Part shown: positions 17,766-26,101 of the stretch, piece after piece
How positions within the stretch are numbered: position 1 is the first letter of the stretch
Layout: the number at the start of each line of letters is the position of its first letter
DNA from: a virus
Taxonomy: Duplodnaviria > Caudoviricetes
Virus record (IMG/VR): IMGVR_UViG_3300012921_000055
Coordinates: 1-40,148 of that record
Reading direction: 5' to 3' (one strand)
DNA length: 40,148 nucleotides
Notes under the pieces: model-generated
Told to the model about the DNA's origin: nothing
What the model saw: only the letters and a program-made list of their open reading frames with translations
Database searches by the model: none
Position numbers and translations under genes: made by a program

Positions 17766-18617
17766 TTACCCCCCGTCCGTCTGAGTTTTCTCTGCGAACG
17801 CCTCTAGCGCCCCCGTCTCGATGGCCCGGAAGGCCTCGAAGGCAGCGCCGTGGTCGAGGTTGTCGGAACCCTTCGCCGCCTGCGTTTCGTAGGCCAGGAG
17901 GGCGTCACCGTGCTTCAGGCCCGTGATCGCCCCAGCCATGCCGGCGCGCTCCCATAGACCGGGCGTTGACGATGCCAGGGCCCACGCCAGCCGGCCCGCT
18001 GCCGTCTGCGGCGCCGTGTCGATCTGGGGGCAGAGTTCACGCTTGGCCGGATCGTCCGGCTTCGGCGCACTCGCACCCTTCGAGCATGGCTCCGCGTCGT
18101 CCTGACACGCAAGGCAGCGCTCGCGCCCTCCGCCCCACCAGTCTTTCGCCCGCTTGCGCAGGCGGACGACCTCGGCGGCCATAGGCACCTTCGGCTGCTC
18201 GACCCACGACATGAACGGGGCGAGCAGGCTCTGACCCTCCGGCGGCGCGCCGTGGATCAGAGCGGCGCGGATCGCCTCGACGTCGGTGTGATCGAGCGGC
18301 TCGCCGGTGCCGGGGTCAACGATGCCCTCCCAGCCCTTAAGGCACCGCTGGGCGGTGTAGACTGCCGCGAGGACGGACGAGTAGCCCTGCAGGCGGTCGA
18401 GGTCCAAACCCCGGATGGTGTCGGGGTGGTCGGCGTCCAGATCGAAGCCGAGTTCCTCCAGCGCCGCGCGGCCGTGGAAGACGCGCGACATGACCGATGC
18501 GACCTCGGCGGCGACCACCCGCTGGGTGACGCCGTCGGGACGCTGCAGAAGCCAGCGGACGCCGGGGGCCAGCTGAACCCATGTCGGCTCGGAAGGAGCC
18601 CAAGCCGGATGGGTCAC
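17766..18617 (-). CDS. Tail assembly chaperone, apparently a fused G-GT
   Basis: Lies between tail tube and TMP; LKGWEGIVD..GEP (G-like) and CxxC...CP...AGMAGAITGL (T-like) in one frame; GTGA overlap. Confidence 0.7.
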   Translation of the reverse strand: MTHPAWAPSEPTWVQLAPGVRWLLQRPDGVTQRVVAAEVASVMSRVFHGRAALEELGFDLDADHPDTIRGLDLDRLQGYSSVLAAVYTAQRCLKGWEGIVDPGTGEPLDHTDVEAIRAALIHGAPPEGQSLLAPFMSWVEQPKVPMAAEVVRLRKRAKDWWGGGRERCLACQDDAEPCSKGASAPKPDDPAKRELCPQIDTAPQTAAGRLAWALASSTPGLWERAGMAGAITGLKHGDALLAYETQAAKGSDNLDHGAAFEAFRAIETGALEAFAEKTQTDGG

Positions 18618-19603
18618 TCGTAGCTCGCCACGCTGTTCGTCAGCACCACCGTCACCATCGGGTCGGCCGCGCCGATCTCGGCGCGGCCGCGGAGCGGAAC
18701 GTCGAGACGGCCGGGGCCGCCGGTGCCGACGCCGACCTTGGCGAAGCGGACGTTGCGGACGGTCATGACCAGCTTGAGGTTGGCGCTCAGCTCCCACGAC
18801 AGTTCGATATCCTGCGTTCCCGGCAGGTATTGGCCGACGCCGATCTTGCCGAGGTCGCGAAGGGCGGCGCCCTTGAAGCGGCCGGTCAGGTTCAGGGCGA
18901 CGGTGCGGCCTTCGAGCTGCACGTCGTCAACGAACTTGCTGCCGGCGTAGTTGTCCTCACCGAGGGTGTTCGTCAGCGTCACGTCGCCCGAGATGATCGA
19001 GCCCAGCGCCACGCCGTCGCGCTTGATGCCGCCCACCGCGCGCGGAACACGCGAGGCCAGGGTGGGGAGGTCCGGCGTTCCGGCGATGGACGCGCCGTAT
19101 TGCTCCAGCGCCTCGCGGGCGAAGTAGTCGGCGTTGATCCGGGTGTAGCCGCGGTCGGCCCCGATGGGGAACTGGAGCGAGCGGCAGACCGCGCCCACCG
19201 CGCCGTCGAACTGCGAGCTGGTCAGCTTCCGCTCGAAGGTGGTGGTCGGCACCACCGCCACGCCGGAGTTGAATGTGTGGGTGTACGGGCCCGCTCCGGC
19301 CGCGACTTCTGCGCCGAAGAACTCCGCGAGCGTGTGGCCGATCTGGACGAGGTCGAGCGGCCAGACCACGCGGAGCGCGGCGCGCTCCAGATCCGGCGCG
19401 GCCGGGCGCGCGTCGATGGAGTTGGCGAAGCCGCCACCCATCACGTCGTCGTCCTGCGGCTCGGACGCCGGGGACGGCGACCAGTCGTAGAAGTGGCGAC
19501 GGGTGAAGGTGACGCCCGGCGCGGCGGCCGAGGTCATGAGGTTGGTCTGGCGGCCCGAGTAAAGCTCGCTCAGCCGACCGCGCGGGTCGTTCGAGGTGGT
19601 CAT
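18614..19603 (-). CDS. Major tail tube protein
   Basis: 329 aa, beta-rich, YTHTF motif and C-terminal VTVVLTN; synteny. Confidence 0.88.
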   Translation of the reverse strand: MTTSNDPRGRLSELYSGRQTNLMTSAAAPGVTFTRRHFYDWSPSPASEPQDDDVMGGGFANSIDARPAAPDLERAALRVVWPLDLVQIGHTLAEFFGAEVAAGAGPYTHTFNSGVAVVPTTTFERKLTSSQFDGAVGAVCRSLQFPIGADRGYTRINADYFAREALEQYGASIAGTPDLPTLASRVPRAVGGIKRDGVALGSIISGDVTLTNTLGEDNYAGSKFVDDVQLEGRTVALNLTGRFKGAALRDLGKIGVGQYLPGTQDIELSWELSANLKLVMTVRNVRFAKVGVGTGGPGRLDVPLRGRAEIGAADPMVTVVLTNSVASYE

Positions 19604-19629
19604 TGGTCAGGTCTCCAGAGAGGTTGGAC

Positions 19630-19938
19630 TCAGGCGGTCCAGACGCGGATGCGCGGCTGGGCCAGTTCGACGTCTTGGCTCGTGGCGTTGCGCACCACGT
19701 CCTTGTGCAGGAGGTCTTTCGCGTCCTCGGGCGAGGCGAGGATCACCTCGCCGTGCTGCAGGCCGCGCGTCTTGCTGTCCTTCAGCACCACCAGATGCTG
19801 TTGTTTCGGAGCGGCGGCAGCGCCGCCGGCCTCTCCGCTGTTGTCGTGGTCGAGCTGCGGCTTGGTCGAAACCGCCTCGCCTGCCGGGTCGGCATGCGAG
19901 AGGTCATCGGCGGCGGATTTCGGGGTCGGGGTCTTCAT
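19630..19938 (-). CDS. Hypothetical virion-associated protein
   Basis: AGGAG SD; in-operon ORF. Confidence 0.7.
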   Translation of the reverse strand: MKTPTPKSAADDLSHADPAGEAVSTKPQLDHDNSGEAGGAAAAPKQQHLVVLKDSKTRGLQHGEVILASPEDAKDLLHKDVVRNATSQDVELAQPRIRVWTA

Positions 19939-19953
19939 CGCTGGCTCCTGGGC

Positions 19954-20454
19954 TCAGGCGGCGGCGTCAGTGCCGGTGTAGAGGACGCGAACGGGGATCA
20001 CGGCGGTGGCTGCCGGCAGGGCGTCCGGGAAGGCCACGTCGTCGTCGCGGGTGGGCGCGCCGACTTCTGCGAACACCTCGACGCCGAGGCCGAGGTTGCG
20101 GTTCTGTGCGATCAGCTCCGCGAAGGCGCGGATTGTGGCGTCTCGCTGGGCGCGGCGCGCGGCGCGGGTGTCTGCCGACGATTGGCCGGGGTTCGGCTTC
20201 GCCTGAACGGCGTAGCCGACGGCGACCTCAATCTCGATCTCGTCGGTGTTGTCGCCCTCTGCACCCCGGACGAAGGCCAGAACGTCGGGCTCGCCGCCGT
20301 CCATCACCATCATGGCGTGAACGATGCGGGAGTTGTCGATCATTGGCGCCCAGAGCGACGGCTCGGGCTCGTCAATCGTCGGGGTGGGGAAGAGCGCCGG
20401 GGCCGACAGGATCAGCGCCTCGATGGCCTTCAGGATGGCTTCGTGAGTGCTCAT
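19954..20454 (-). CDS. Tail terminator-like protein
   Basis: Acidic 166 aa upstream of the tail tube; MSTHEAILKAI...LGLGV...VLY pattern. Confidence 0.65.
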   Translation of the reverse strand: MSTHEAILKAIEALILSAPALFPTPTIDEPEPSLWAPMIDNSRIVHAMMVMDGGEPDVLAFVRGAEGDNTDEIEIEVAVGYAVQAKPNPGQSSADTRAARRAQRDATIRAFAELIAQNRNLGLGVEVFAEVGAPTRDDDVAFPDALPAATAVIPVRVLYTGTDAAA

Positions 20455-21308
20455 GCGCTGTCCCGGTTCTCTGCCGACAGCTCGCCGGCCAGCGCGTGGA
20501 CGAAGTCGGCCGGGAAGTTGTTGGCGATCTCGTTGAGGATCTGGCGGCCCTTAATCCGGCGGCGCAGCGTGGCGGTCTTGGTGAGCGCGAAGATGGGCGT
20601 GGCGGCGCGCTGCTGGTTCTTCGCCTCCTTGCCCGTCCGGGTCAGGGTGACGTCGTTCGCGGCGACCAGAACGCCGGTCTGGCCGTTCTTCGAGATGATC
20701 GGCACCAGCTCCGTCCCGAGGGCGGCGCCCACCTGCTCGACATAGCTGTCGTCCTTGGTGAAGCGCCCGCGCACGTCGCGGCCGGGGCCGCTGTCGCGCG
20801 AGCCCATCATCTTGCCCCGGCGCAGCCGGCGGATGATCGCCTTGGCCGGGGGCAGCGGGACGGCGAGGAACTTCGAGCCGTTGGTGACCTTGATCGTCAC
20901 GCCGCTCTCGAAGGCGTCGATGATCAGGCCGGCCTTCGTGTAGAACCACCCGGCTACTTCGAGGCTGTTCTTGCCCTTCGGATAGACGGTCGCCCGCCAC
21001 GTCTTCGAGAGGGCGATGGCCTGATGGAAACCGCCGGCAACGATGTCGGCGCGGAGGCGGCCCTTGCCGGCCTCGACCACCCGCGTCATCGCGCCATGGT
21101 AGGCGCGCTCCAGCGCCAGCAGATCGCTGTCGATCTTGTCCTGAAGCCGTCCCTGAAGGGCCAGGGCGAAGTCGCCTCGGCTGCCCTCCAGCTCGATCTT
21201 GAGCCCGGCGTCTCCCGAAGTCGAAAGCCTGCCGCCCACCGGCGAGCCGGTGGCGCGTATCTGGTCGCCCATCCGGGACGAACGCCAGCCAGAGAAGGGG
21301 CTCGACAT
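20451..21308 (-). CDS. Neck/tail completion protein (DUF6441-like)
   Basis: Basic; TWRATVYPKG..SL..AG...IIDAFESGVTI pattern; start may be 21272. Confidence 0.7.
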   Translation of the reverse strand: MSSPFSGWRSSRMGDQIRATGSPVGGRLSTSGDAGLKIELEGSRGDFALALQGRLQDKIDSDLLALERAYHGAMTRVVEAGKGRLRADIVAGGFHQAIALSKTWRATVYPKGKNSLEVAGWFYTKAGLIIDAFESGVTIKVTNGSKFLAVPLPPAKAIIRRLRRGKMMGSRDSGPGRDVRGRFTKDDSYVEQVGAALGTELVPIISKNGQTGVLVAANDVTLTRTGKEAKNQQRAATPIFALTKTATLRRRIKGRQILNEIANNFPADFVHALAGELSAENRDSA

Positions 21309-21649
21309 TACCGAACGACCGGGCAGAGCCAGTCGCGACCGTTCATGTCGTCGTCCAGCCGAGGCTGACCGTGAATGGTGAAGAGGACGCCGTTGACCGA
21401 GATGGTGTCTCCGTCGCCGGGCTTCTGGCCGGGGGCCTTCGCCTCGACCTCAGCGCCCGAGAGGCGGATCAGCTCGCCAGCACCGATCTGCGGCATCTGC
21501 CCCACGAGGGCGAGGCGCTGGCCGGCGTCGAGCATGGCGGCCAAGTAGACGGGATCGCCGCCCGCCTTCGTCCAGATCGCCGCGGTGTCGTCCGCGAGTT
21601 CGGAGAAGGCGGTGGCGTCGAGGTCGGCCAGGAGCGCGTTGAATGTCAT
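21308..21649 (-). CDS. Head-tail joining protein (FII-like)
   Basis: 113 aa with PGDGDTISVNG..FTI...W pattern; synteny. Confidence 0.75.
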   Translation of the reverse strand: MTFNALLADLDATAFSELADDTAAIWTKAGGDPVYLAAMLDAGQRLALVGQMPQIGAGELIRLSGAEVEAKAPGQKPGDGDTISVNGVLFTIHGQPRLDDDMNGRDWLCPVVR

Positions 21650-21682
21650 CGACGCCTCCCGGCCTCGCTCGGTCAGCCGCTA

Positions 21683-22012
21683 TCAGGCGGCCGGGATCAG
21701 CTTCACGTTCACGGTCGCGTCCGCCGAGGCCTGAGCGGCGACGGCGTAACCGATCTTGGTGTTGCTGGTGGAGGTCGTGGTCACGTTCTTGGCGGTCGCG
21801 TCCCAATAGACGGTCGCGCCTTCGGTGATGGCCCCCGTGGCTTTCGGGAGGTTCACAACCCCCTCGACCACACCGGCGTAGGTCTCGCCCTCGGCGGCGT
21901 TGGCGGAAGCGACCGCAAACGCCTTGCCGTGGACATAGCCACCGCCAGAAACGACGCCGCCCGCGGGGGCGACAAGGTCGAGGATTTCGCCCCGCTGCAC
22001 ATAGTTCTTCAT
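21683..22012 (-). CDS. Capsid cement/decoration protein (DUF2190)
   Basis: MKNYVQRGE...GGVVSG...EGVVNLPK...VYWD signature. Confidence 0.9.
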   Translation of the reverse strand: MKNYVQRGEILDLVAPAGGVVSGGGYVHGKAFAVASANAAEGETYAGVVEGVVNLPKATGAITEGATVYWDATAKNVTTTSTSNTKIGYAVAAQASADATVNVKLIPAA

Positions 22013-22037
22013 GGTCTCAGTCTCCTGCAGGAAGACG

Positions 22038-22056
22038 GGGCGGCCTTAGGCCGCCC
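22038..22056 (-). terminator. Hairpin after the capsid gene (weak terminator or mRNA stabiliser)
   Basis: GGGCGGCC-TAA-GGCCGCCC with a poor U-tract. Confidence 0.45.
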
Positions 22057-22083
22057 GCGTCAGGTCATCGTTGAGGGTGGGGA

Positions 22084-23496
22084 TCAGGCGGCGCCGCCGT
22101 TCTTGAAGCCGGCGGCGTAGTTCACGGCTCCGAAGCCGAAGTCGTGGAGCGCCTTCCACGTGATGCCGTCCTGATTGTAGCGCTCGAACTGCTCGACCTG
22201 CGGGGCCTCGTTGTCCTGCAGGAAGCCGTAGACGAACGCCGGCAGGTCGGCCGGGTCGGTGAACAGACGCCAGCTCTTGTCGGTGATCCACGGCGCGATG
22301 ACCACGATCAGGTTCTGGCCGATGACCACCGCGTCGGCCTGCGTGGCAGGCGTGATCGGGGTGACCAGCTTCAGAGCCGCGACCCGGAGCTTCGAGCCCA
22401 CCATCAGGATGGCCGGCTCGTAGCCCATGGGATCGCCGTCGAGGTTCTTCTGCTCGGCGTAGGCCTGATAGGCCGCGTCGAGGGTGGCCTCGGCGGGAGC
22501 CGCGCCCGAGGCGGCGAGGTTCCCGTGGTCGGCGTGGAAGAACGTCTTGCCGTCGCCCATCTTCGGCCCGTTGCCGTTGTTCGACAGGATCAGGCTGAAC
22601 GCGACCTGTTCCTCGGTGCGGCTGGCCGAACGGCCGAACTGCTGCGCCATGTCGGAGAAGGTGCCGAGGTCGTTGTTCACGATGGCCTGACGGCTGAGCG
22701 AGATGTTCAGGCCGTAGGTTTCGAGCCGGACGGACTCGCCGCCCTCCTTCAGGGCGCCGTGCTTGATCTCGCCGCCCTCGGCCAGCTTCTTCAGGTTCGG
22801 CACTTCGCCGCCCCGGATCATCGCCGTCGGCTTGAAGTCGGCGAACGACCGGCGGCGCGAGATGGAGCGATAGACCTGCGGAGCGGCTCGGTAGCTCTCC
22901 AGCATCACGCGGTTGGCCGCGGTGCCGAGGATCAGCGGGAAGTCCGAGGTGGTCTGCATGCCGACCGAGCGCTGGAAGATCTCGACCTCGTCGTGCGAGG
23001 TGATGCCGTTCCGCACCGCCATCATCTGGGCCAGGCGCATGCCGCGGAAGCGCCGGCCGTTGTCGGTCGGGGCCGCGCCCGTCATGCGGGACACCAGCGC
23101 GTCGACCATGCCGTCGCGGTCGTTGGCGCCCTCTTCCCCGGCCCGTGCAGCGCCACCGGCAGCGATGCCGGCGGTCTGAGCGGTCTGGGCGCGAGCAGCG
23201 CAGGCGAGGATGTGGCTCTCGATGGAGCCGACGGTCTGGGCCGGATCAACGATCAGGCTGCGGACCTCGGTCTCGATCTCGGAGCCGAAAGCACGGGCCT
23301 GATCGAGCAGGCGCAGGCCGTCGGTCAGGCCGACACCGGTGTTGGCGGCGGAAGGCGCGGCGGGAGCGGCAGCCGGGCCGGCGGCGCGGATGCCTTCGGC
23401 AGCGGGAGCAGCGGGGGCGGAACCAGCGTCCGTTTCCGGGGCGCGGGCGATGGCGAGCGCGGCAGAGGCCACGCCGCCCATGAGGCGGATACGCAT
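22084..23496 (-). CDS. Probable nested scaffold-capsid product from an internal start
   Basis: In-frame ATG 23496 preceded by ACGGAGAATGAAGAC; begins MRIRLMGG...RAPETDAG. Confidence 0.55.
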   Translation of the reverse strand: MRIRLMGGVASAALAIARAPETDAGSAPAAPAAEGIRAAGPAAAPAAPSAANTGVGLTDGLRLLDQARAFGSEIETEVRSLIVDPAQTVGSIESHILACAARAQTAQTAGIAAGGAARAGEEGANDRDGMVDALVSRMTGAAPTDNGRRFRGMRLAQMMAVRNGITSHDEVEIFQRSVGMQTTSDFPLILGTAANRVMLESYRAAPQVYRSISRRRSFADFKPTAMIRGGEVPNLKKLAEGGEIKHGALKEGGESVRLETYGLNISLSRQAIVNNDLGTFSDMAQQFGRSASRTEEQVAFSLILSNNGNGPKMGDGKTFFHADHGNLAASGAAPAEATLDAAYQAYAEQKNLDGDPMGYEPAILMVGSKLRVAALKLVTPITPATQADAVVIGQNLIVVIAPWITDKSWRLFTDPADLPAFVYGFLQDNEAPQVEQFERYNQDGITWKALHDFGFGAVNYAAGFKNGGAA

Positions 23497-24129
23497 GTCT
23501 TCATTCTCCGTGGAGGTTGGGTCGGCGGGGCTCGCCGGGGTTTCCGGGGATTGGCCCGCAGAACGCACCCCGGCGTTCGCGTCTGCGGGAACGGTGACGA
23601 AACTGACTTCCATCAGCGTCCAGCGGGTGGCCCGCCAGACCTCGCGGTCATCCTCGATGCCGACGAGTTCAAAGGTCTCGATGGTGTAGCCGCAGCTGAT
23701 GCCGGTCAGCTCGCCGCGCTGGACCATGCCCTCGACCATCCGACCGAAGTCGGTGTCGGCGAAGGCGATGCGCCCGACCAGATTGCCCGCCTCGAAGCGG
23801 GCCTCGGTGACGGTGCCGACGATGGCGCCGATGGCGCGGTCGTTGTGGTGGTCGAGGGCGCGGACCTGGCCGAGCGCCACGCGACTGATGTCGCAGCCTT
23901 CCGGCGAGACCTCCAGCTCTTCATAGCCGAACCACGTCCGGCGACGGACGCCGGTCGAGAACACGGCCTCGACCGAGCGGGTGACGGCGTCGTAGCTGGC
24001 CGGCGCAAACGATGCGAACCGCTGAACGGTCTGGCCGTGGTAGCCGGTCGGGGCGGCTGCCCGTTGGCCGGCGTCGGTTTCTGGCGCGCGGACGGGCGCG
24101 CCGCCGAGCAGTCGCGAGCGAAGCAGCAT
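22084..24129 (-). CDS. Prohead protease / major capsid protein fusion
   Basis: HK97-type protease motifs (LDHH, ISCGY, EVSFVTVPAD) followed by capsid motifs (TTSDFPLIL, SRQAIVNNDLG, FFHADHGNL, DFGFG). Confidence 0.93.
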   Translation of the reverse strand: MLLRSRLLGGAPVRAPETDAGQRAAAPTGYHGQTVQRFASFAPASYDAVTRSVEAVFSTGVRRRTWFGYEELEVSPEGCDISRVALGQVRALDHHNDRAIGAIVGTVTEARFEAGNLVGRIAFADTDFGRMVEGMVQRGELTGISCGYTIETFELVGIEDDREVWRATRWTLMEVSFVTVPADANAGVRSAGQSPETPASPADPTSTENEDMRIRLMGGVASAALAIARAPETDAGSAPAAPAAEGIRAAGPAAAPAAPSAANTGVGLTDGLRLLDQARAFGSEIETEVRSLIVDPAQTVGSIESHILACAARAQTAQTAGIAAGGAARAGEEGANDRDGMVDALVSRMTGAAPTDNGRRFRGMRLAQMMAVRNGITSHDEVEIFQRSVGMQTTSDFPLILGTAANRVMLESYRAAPQVYRSISRRRSFADFKPTAMIRGGEVPNLKKLAEGGEIKHGALKEGGESVRLETYGLNISLSRQAIVNNDLGTFSDMAQQFGRSASRTEEQVAFSLILSNNGNGPKMGDGKTFFHADHGNLAASGAAPAEATLDAAYQAYAEQKNLDGDPMGYEPAILMVGSKLRVAALKLVTPITPATQADAVVIGQNLIVVIAPWITDKSWRLFTDPADLPAFVYGFLQDNEAPQVEQFERYNQDGITWKALHDFGFGAVNYAAGFKNGGAA

Positions 24130-24133
24130 GGGC

Positions 24134-25882
24134 TTACCCCTGTTGTCTGTTTTCAGGTTCGTCCGCGCCGGTCAGCGCAGCGATGATGGCGGCCTTGGCG
24201 GGCCCGTTGGCGGCTCCAGTGCGGAGGCCGGTCGCGGCCTCAACGAAGCCGGCGTTGATCGCCTGACTGTCGCCGCGCTCTACGGCTTCGATCATGCGAC
24301 CGAAGAACCCGACCACGTCGCCGTCGAGACCACGGGTGTCGCTACCCTCGACCAGCTTCGGCAGGACGAAACCGGCCGGGGGCTGGAGAGCGCCGGTGCC
24401 GTTGACCTTGCGAGGGTCGGTGTCGAGGACGAGGCCCAACCGATCGATCTCGCTGTTGACCGTCGCGGCCTCTTCGAGATGCTCGCGCCACTCGATGCCG
24501 CGCTCGGCCAGGGCCTCCGGCATGTTCTTGAAGCCGGCGCGCAGCTCCATGATCCGGGCGGCGACGTCCTTGATCGGGTCCACCCACTCGCGAGGCGGGG
24601 GCGTCCAGATCGCGGTGACTTCGGCCAACCGGGGCTCGCGGCGCAGGAGCGCCTCGCGCCGCATCACCCGCGCGAAGGCGGGGTCGAGCAGGCGCGGGAT
24701 GATGATGTTCTGCTGCCAGTGGTCGAGCAGCTTGTTGAACGCGACCATGGCCGCGCGGAGGCTCGAGTAGTTCGCCGACGAAACGTCGCCCGTCATCAGG
24801 TAGTCGGGGATGCCGAGCGAGGCAGCAACGCTGCGCAGCTCCTGCCGGAAGAACACGTCGCTGTCGCCGTCAGGCGTCGGGACGAAGCTGGTGAACTCTT
24901 CGCCGGGCAGCCCTTCGACCACCATTCCGGGCGTCAGGCGGTCGAGCGCGGGCGACCCGCTGGCGGTCTCGCTCTCTTCACCCTCGGGCGCGCCGGTGCC
25001 GGTGTCGGGTTCGTCGGCCTCGTCCTGCGACAGGGTCCGAATGATGCCGATGCAGGCCTGCAGCTTTTTCTTCGTGAGGATCGAGTCGGCCAGGTCTTCC
25101 AGCGACCGGATTTTCCGCATCGACGGGCAGAGCCACGGAACGCCGCGGGTCTGGCCGGGCCGGGTCTGTTCGAACAGGTGATCGACGTGCTTCGCATCGA
25201 CCCGGTTCGACTTCCTCATGAAGCCTCGGCTGGGGTCGCCGGGATGCTCTTCGAGGATGTGGTAGGCGGCGCGGGAGCCAGCCGTCGCATACTCGACCCC
25301 GTCAACGATGCGGGGTCCGCCGCGGCTGAGGATGCCCGCGTGAGGGCTCTCAAGCTGGTCGCCCTCGATCAGGGTCATGAGCGCGTCGGGCACGTTGCCG
25401 ACGGCGCTCCAGACGTTGAGGACGTCGCCGCCCTCGATCATCCCGCGAACGGCAATGCCCTGAACGCCGTAGAAGTCGTTCCAGCCGTCGACCTGCGACT
25501 TGGCCCAAGCGAGGTAAATCTGCTGCGCCAGCTTCTGGATGCGCGGGTCGCTGTGGACCGCGCGAGCTTCCATGCCGTCGCCCACGAGGTTCGCCACGAG
25601 CTGGCGGACGGCCGAGGCGACATAGGGGTTGTTCCGGGCGAGGTCGCGCGAGCGGTTCCGCAGAACGCCCAGATCCGGGCTGATCTCGGCGTCGGCGCTG
25701 CCCGGCCCTGCTCGCCAGCCCTTCGTCAGGCGGCTGTGGCGCGCGGCCTCATAGCCGCGACGGCCGGACAGCGACCGGGTCGCGACCTCGGCCATCTCCG
25801 CCTTGGCGCGCTCCACCATCCGCTCGCGCTTGGCGCGGGGCGATACGATGCCGACCAGATGGTCGGAAAACCGCGCCTTCAT
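24134..25882 (-). CDS. Portal protein, lambda family
   Basis: YEAA, RSRDLARNN, RPGQTRGVPW, ANYSSLR and WVDPIKD motifs. Confidence 0.95.
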   Translation of the reverse strand: MKARFSDHLVGIVSPRAKRERMVERAKAEMAEVATRSLSGRRGYEAARHSRLTKGWRAGPGSADAEISPDLGVLRNRSRDLARNNPYVASAVRQLVANLVGDGMEARAVHSDPRIQKLAQQIYLAWAKSQVDGWNDFYGVQGIAVRGMIEGGDVLNVWSAVGNVPDALMTLIEGDQLESPHAGILSRGGPRIVDGVEYATAGSRAAYHILEEHPGDPSRGFMRKSNRVDAKHVDHLFEQTRPGQTRGVPWLCPSMRKIRSLEDLADSILTKKKLQACIGIIRTLSQDEADEPDTGTGAPEGEESETASGSPALDRLTPGMVVEGLPGEEFTSFVPTPDGDSDVFFRQELRSVAASLGIPDYLMTGDVSSANYSSLRAAMVAFNKLLDHWQQNIIIPRLLDPAFARVMRREALLRREPRLAEVTAIWTPPPREWVDPIKDVAARIMELRAGFKNMPEALAERGIEWREHLEEAATVNSEIDRLGLVLDTDPRKVNGTGALQPPAGFVLPKLVEGSDTRGLDGDVVGFFGRMIEAVERGDSQAINAGFVEAATGLRTGAANGPAKAAIIAALTGADEPENRQQG

Positions 25883-26091
25883 TGTGCCCTCGTGAAGGAG
25901 GCCGCGAGGAAGCGGGTCCGGCGACGGCGAGGCCGACCGCCCAGCGCCTCGAAGTGGGAGATGGCGGTCTCGATCTCGGCCGTGCTGCGATAGGTCTTGC
26001 GGCGGCCGTTGCTCTCGACGGTCAGGACGCCGCTGGCGAGCGCCGTGCGGAGCTGCGCAATCTCTGTCTCGTAAGCGTCGTTCGCGGGCAT
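25879..26091 (-). CDS. gpW-like head completion protein
   Basis: 70 aa, ALASGVLTVESNGRRKTYRS; between terL and portal. Confidence 0.85.
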   Translation of the reverse strand: MPANDAYETEIAQLRTALASGVLTVESNGRRKTYRSTAEIETAISHFEALGGRPRRRRTRFLAASFTRAQ

Positions 26092-26101
26092 TGCGGCCTC
26101 C

